DNA of 64,000 bases from Eledone cirrhosa. Lineage: Eukaryota. This document shows positions 57,159 through 64,000 of the stretch, piece by piece; position 1 is the first letter of the stretch, and each line of letters opens with the position of its first letter. A program made the position numbers and the translations under genes. The notes under the pieces are model-generated. The model had not been told where the DNA came from and made no database searches. It saw nothing but the letters and a program-made list of their open reading frames with translations. The DNA lies in assembly GCA_964016885.1 (NCBI GenBank), contig OZ024743.1, forward strand, positions 274,536,001 through 274,600,000, read 5' to 3'.

Positions 57159-58072
57159 ACAAAAGATTGGTCTAAGACGATAAATGTTCTCTACCGTGCT
57201 TGCTTCAAATTATCTGAGGACTTGCGAAAGTAATTTCGGTCTTGAAATTTCGATGATAGTCTCAGTTGAATAAAGTGGTTCCTCGCTCGCTATGTCCAGA
57301 CTACGAGAATATATTTGCTTGTATACAATTGATGCAGAGTGCTTCCCCAGGTATTTTCACTTTGACTTTTATTAGCATGTATATATATGCATATGTGTAT
57401 ACATATGTGTATGAATGCGTAGAAGCGTATATTCTCAATTATAAATATATCTAATCGTTCTTCCTAAAGAAATGAATACACAGATATTTTAGGACATATT
57501 GAGAAATATAATAAATACAATGCATATAAATTATTTGAAATGTATATAAAGAGAATAACAAAAACACAAATAAAAAAGAAAGACATAGTTGTTCAGTTGA
57601 TGATTTCATTTTTTTGTTATTGTTTTTTTCTTTTTTTTCAACATATTTTACATAAAGCACGCCAATCCACCTTCATACTTCGAATTTTGAGATAATGTTA
57701 TAGTATTTTCACAATTACTTTAAAAAACATGACAAAATAAATAAATAAAAATACAACTTCAGACTGTCAAAGAATATATTAAAATGTATACGCATGTTTG
57801 TTTGTTTTCTTTTTTTCTTTCTTTGCCATTTAAAATACATGAATTTTTATGAAAATATGTTTTGATAAAACAATTTTTTTATCAGCACCAAAGACTAGTT
57901 CTGTGTAGTATATTTGTTAATAATACAAGTTTGACGATATCATTTATAAATCAATCCTTTCCCAGATCTTTATTTTATGTGTAATTAGTAAAATCTTGTG
58001 AGATAAAGATGTTTTGTTTATTATTTTTATAGACAAAATATGAAATATTAGCAACTGTGCGGTGCCAAACAC

Positions 58073-58800
<728 letters not shown>

Positions 58801-59135
58801 TGTATATGTATGTATGTACAGACACACACGTGTATATATAAACATATATATGTGTGTGTGTGTGAGTGTGTTTGTGTGTGCGTATATATATATATATTTG
58901 TGTGTGTGTCTGTGTTTGTATATATATATATATATACGCGTATATGAGCGTGTATGTGTGCTTATATATTTCAAATAGAATTGTCTTCTGCGGAGCTAGT
59001 ATTGTTTCAGTCACTTGAACTCATTTATATGAAATAATTCTTTTACTCTCGACAGGATGTCAACTCAGAGCGCAGACAGCCGAAAACAATACCGAAAGGT
59101 ATACTATCCGATGTTTTAATGTCTCAGTCAATTCA

Positions 59136-59191
<56 letters not shown>

Positions 59192-59873
59192 CTCGTTTAA
59201 GGACCGCTTGCATTTATGACCATTATCAAAGCATTTCGGAAGCTACGCGTTCATAATGTCCTGTGTATCCATCTCATCAAAAGGTGGACCATAACATCTA
59301 GGAACGTATTTTCAATAACAATGTTACCATTCTACAGCCTTTGCTGGTCGTTAAATTATAGGAACAATTGTTGAGATTAAAGATTGATTTGATTAAAAAA
59401 CCTTGGTTTATTCAGTATTAAATATATATATATATATATTGTGTGTGTGTGTGTGTGTGTGTGTTTGTTTGTATGTGTGTATGTTTGTGTGTGTGTGTTT
59501 GTGTGCGTGTGTGTGTGTATATATGTGTGTGTGTGTGGTGTGTGTGTTTTATTGTGAAAATATCATTCCTTCCTTGAGCCCTTAACAGATGAGTGCCATC
59601 GTGACAAACGGCGTATCTCGGGAATTTGAACCTCTCCAGGTACGACCACGGCTGTTTTCTTCCAGCTCCGGTACTATATTTATCCACCTCGAAGTTGTGA
59701 AAAGTAAAACTTGATCTCGGCGAATGGAGAGCGCCAGAAAGAATAGCACAAAGCGTTCTATTCTACACTCTACCATCTCTACTAATTTCTCACCTATTAT
59801 ATGTAGTTATTGCAGATGAAGTGCTAAACTGCAACAGCTTTGTAGTGTGGTCGCAATAACTCTGTGCTTAGCG

Positions 59874-59935
59874 ATGTCTTTCATCACATACATGCCTGAT
59901 TAGGCCTAATCAGGCATGTATGTGATGAAAGACAT
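59874..59935. repeat. Perfect 62-bp spacerless palindrome
   Basis: atgtctttcatcacatacatgcctgattagg|cctaatcaggcatgtatgtgatgaaagacat. Confidence 0.9.
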
Positions 59936-60075
59936 TCTAGTTTTACTCATCGAGTCATATTTTTTTCAGACAGTTTACTTACGACAACATTGAATGTGCC
60001 CTTTCTCGTTTTAAGACGTAAGGTAATGTTTGAGGACGTTTTCTCTGCTTTTATTAGATGGTCAAGTCATCAGGG

Positions 60076-60290
60076 CAGTGGATTGGTAGTATCGGTAGAG
60101 AGTCGGACGCCATGCTTTGCAGCATAGAGTTACAGCCCTATATGATCTGAGTTCAAATCCCGCCGAGGTTAACTTTGCCTTTCATCTTACGGGGTCGATA
60201 AAATAAAGTACCAGTCATGCTCTGGGGTCAATTTAATCGCTTACCTCTCCCCCCAAATTGCTGGCCTTGTGCCTATATAAGAAACCATTA
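60076..60290 (+). mobile_element. tRNA-derived SINE, full length, with a possible target-site duplication
   Basis: Family motifs; ttattagatggtcaagt occurs at ~60050 and again at ~60323. Confidence 0.85.
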
Positions 60291-61719
60291 TTTTCTTAAA
60301 AAAAGAAAAATATAAGAAAACATTATTAGATGGTCAAGTGACCATATTGAGCCCTTTTCCCCCTGCATGGAGGCCATGTTCAAGTTACCTTTAGCACCTC
60401 AATTTCACAACTTAATCCGAGTTTCCTATTAATCGAGTGAGTTGTTCCTCCTAAAACTGATTCTCATGCGAGAGTGGGGAAATTCAAAATCCCAGGCTGA
60501 AAGTTAGCCAAAAGAGGAACCCAAACGAGGAAAGAATTCTGTACATCGGGTATATATCAAATGAAATACCAATATACCTAACTATAAAGCCGATCACGAA
60601 TTAACAGTTCACCAAAATTGCTGCTTCAGACATATCCCCGTTTGGGACAACACAATCATTGAGGTTTGAAAAGTGATAGGATGGAAAATTAGTAGATGAC
60701 ATATCAAAAAGAGGAATTTTTTAGGAAACCTGAGATTGCAAGGGGATGAATGTGACCTGGGTCTCTGAGAACCACTGGACTAGAATCATTGGCATTTGAA
60801 AAGCTTGCTCGGGTTAATATGTTGCTCGAGTGAAAAATGACTAAATGACAGTTTGAAATGGAGGTAGAATTGAAGAAAACTGGAATTTCGAAGTGGGGTG
60901 TGACCTGTGTTTCTGACAACCAGTGTTCTTAAGAATGTCGAGTTTTATCGTTTGGCACAGCATGAAGGTAGAAAACGAATGACAGTAGAAGAAGGAGTCA
61001 TTGGTTCCATATTTGTTTTCAATCATAATTTAAATAATATATTTTCTGTTATAGGATTGTTGATAATAGTGCAGGTTGTTAGATGATAAAATAACACTTT
61101 GTATTATTGGCAAAAATATCTCCATAGACAAAAGTCTTAATAAAAGTCTTTATAAAATTATTTTTCTTTCAAACTCTTTTTTTACAGTTTTATTTGTTTG
61201 TATATATTTAGTTACATTTTGTTGTTCGTTTTATCAGCACCATTTTTATTTATTTACATTTATAGACGACGGTGAAGATGATAATGATGAAAAAAATTTG
61301 AATAATTGAATTAAATATAGAATCATTTCCTGCAATCAATAAATAGATAGCTAAACATCTTCGCTGTGAGGACTATCGAAAGCGGCGGACAGTTTGGTGT
61401 TATGAGATGTTACATCATTGGCGTGGATGAGTGTGAACTATCTAGTAGAAAATGCAGGCTTGATTTTTTTATAATGTGATCAAAGCATAAGAAAAACATA
61501 GATTCATTAGCTTGCAATCTTTAATTTGAAAATATTTACGCGCACATTGTAGATCTAGCCTACGGAGCTAAGTAACGAGACGTTGGCATTATCTGTAGAA
61601 CAGAAGTGTGGAAGAATTACAAAATCAACCAAGGTTCCAGACACAAAGGATTGGACGAAGCGATGAAATATAGTGTCTTAGGCATGAGACGAAATAAGGA
61701 TGACAAGAGTAAAAGACGA

Positions 61720-62080
61720 GTGGTATCGGTTGTGAGACGGGTGATTGTAAGACGAATGATTGTGAGACAGGTGGTATCGGTTGTGCATTAAACGGATGAT
61801 TGTGAGATGGGTGGTATAGGTTGTGAGACGGATGGTTGTATGACGATTGGTATCGGTTGTGAGACGGATGGTGTCGGTTGTGCATTAAACGAATGGCTGT
61901 GAGACGGATGGTGTTGGTTGTGCATTAAACGGATGGTTGGGAGATGGGTGGTATAGGCTGTGAGACGGATGGTTGTGTGACGATTGGTATCGGTTGTGAG
62001 ACGGGTGATAAAGTTTGTGAGACGGATGGTATCGGTTGTGCAATAAACGGATGGTTTTAAAATAAATGGTATCGGTTGAG
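61720..62080. repeat. ~20-bp minisatellite (ggtatcggttgtgagacggat)
   Basis: More than 12 imperfect units with a higher-order period of ~130 bp. Confidence 0.85.
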
Positions 62081-62524
62081 ATTTAAATGAGGGATGGTTA
62101 TACTGGTGGTATCATTTATAAATTAAATAGATGGTCGTACGACGGTTACGTTGTGTTTCGTACAGTGAGCATGTTGCAAGTCCAAAAGGGTAGGAGCTGC
62201 TGTAGTAGCAGTAGAAAAATAAGTAATAGGACACAAACTATCACTCTTTTATGGGGTCTAAAATGTACCGGACTGTTTATGGTTTAGGAACACAAGCGTC
62301 ATATAAGAGGTGATAGTGTTTATGGTAAGGACAAATAAAATATTTAAAGGGCTGGGGGTGTCTATTGTGTTGTTAAACTAATCATTTAAAAGACCAGAGG
62401 ATATATATCTGTGCCGCAGGCAAATTAAAATATATAAGGACTGACTGTGTTTGTGCTGTGGGTAAATAAAACGTATATAAAGACTTATAGATGTTTATTG
62501 TGTGGGTATACACACACAATATGT

Positions 62525-62702
62525 AGTACAAGGCCAGCAATTTAAAGGGGAGAGGAAAGTCGATTAAATCGACCCCAGTGCATCACTGGTGCTTTATTTA
62601 TCGACCCCGTAAGGAAGAAAGGCAAAGCTAACCTCGGCGGGAATTGAACACACAACGTAAAGGCCCGTAACTCTACGCCACAAAGCATGGTTTTCGACGC
62701 TT
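62525..62702 (-). mobile_element. tRNA-derived SINE
   Basis: acaaggccagcaat...atcgaccccgtaaggaagaaaggcaaagctaacctcggcggg. Confidence 0.8.
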
Positions 62703-62734
62703 TATCTATTCTGCGTATTCAACGCCTTAATAAT

Positions 62735-62768
<34 letters not shown>

Positions 62769-64000
62769 GAAAGAGGCCAATCTTCAGCACGGATTAACGA
62801 GGCGATGTATCCATTGGTCTTTCCATTGCTGATACTATTTGTCGATCGCAACTCTTGCCAGAATCGATCTTCAGATCTGACCAAAAAAACAATGTTTACA
62901 TTGATCATTCCATTGCTAAATAGAGCGGACAAAGGAAACATATTTCTATTGTTCATTACATTGCTGTTACTCTTTTCTGGTTGCAACTCCTAGCAGAAAA
63001 TAGGAGCTGATCACTAGTTCACTGCATATCTCTCTCTCTCATTCTCACACACAAGCGCGCGCGCGCAACACATATTTTCCAGTCTAGTTCTCAACAAGGA
63101 AGATGAGAAAAACTTACCTCAACACTTAATTTTAAATCTTTAATTTTTAGTTTTTAATTCTTATTAATTCTCTTTAATTGTAATACTCAAAATTTGATAA
63201 GATGAATTTTACTAATACATCTAAACCGGTAATACTTTATATAAAACTCTTTTTAAAAAGAACTGTCCCTCTCATTTTTTCAATAATGTCACTGTGACGA
63301 ACCAAAGAAGGGAAAAAAAAGAACAACAGACCCTAAATACATTTTCCGCACTATTTCGAATCTCACCTTTTCTATCAATCTATCTATATATATATATATA
63401 TATAATATGTGTATCACACACAAATATCAGAAAGAGGTGGGTTGTGTGAGATACGATATTAGAAATTGTTTATTTAGGAATATTATAATAGGTGGGGAGA
63501 TAAAGAGGTGGAAGTGTTTAGGTTGCATATATAAATATATTTTACATACGTTCCTTTATGATAAGGATTTTAAGTTTTAAACTATTATAAATTTCAGTCA
63601 AAAGATCCTATCCAACTACAAATGGCAGCTGGCTTTGTTGTTTCTACTATTTCTTTTATTATTGTCAAACAACATATTTTATTCCTCACCTCACCAATGA
63701 TAAATAGCGGTTAGTTTTGTGCTAAAAGTACTGACAGCCCTGCATAAAATCACCGGAATAGCAGAGAGAAATCCGTGACCATTCTAGAAATTCTTGGAAA
63801 TATTACCTTAATTAGGTGCTGTAGAATATATAAATAAATCTCACGTACCAAGCAACACAGAAAAAGAATGTACTCAAGTTACAAAAATGCAGTCTTAGTG
63901 ATAGGAAAATTCAAAACAAATATACAATATTACCGTATTTTCCGGTGGATAAATTAAACATTTTTTTAACACAAAGATTGTTGTCAAAATCTCCCTGTTT

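Noticed and set aside
61720-62080. Short repeats that could suggest a CRISPR array
   Set aside because: No unique spacers or cas genes, and the context is eukaryotic; this is a minisatellite.
63931-63955. taccgtattttccgg as a Tc1/mariner-type TIR
   Set aside because: Too short, with no partner in the window.

Overview
AT-rich, microsatellite-dense animal genomic DNA with no convincing host gene. Nearly all listed ORFs are (TA)n/(CA)n/(GA)n translation artefacts. The SINE content and the extreme (TA)n load suggest a coleoid cephalopod such as Octopus (inference). Recognisable coding remnants are three Penelope-like element (PLE) fragments with RT and/or C-terminal GIY-YIG domains (two Nematis-like, one Neptune-like), an RTE-type LINE 3' end and a deleted Tc1/mariner. 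The main hidden signal is at the RNA level. About 15 sequence-unrelated type I hammerhead ribozyme (HHR) motifs, intact or decayed, sit in short PLE-terminus-like modules that mostly end in (TA)n tracts. Many modules are folded back into inverted repeats, and in one family the turning points coincide with HHR helix II or III loops. There is also a non-coding structured family with ~615-bp and ~530-bp units, present as head-to-tail multimers, with a conserved pseudoknot-like/HHR-like motif; it is a candidate retrozyme-like element. All alignments and folds were done by eye, so coordinates may be off by a few bases.
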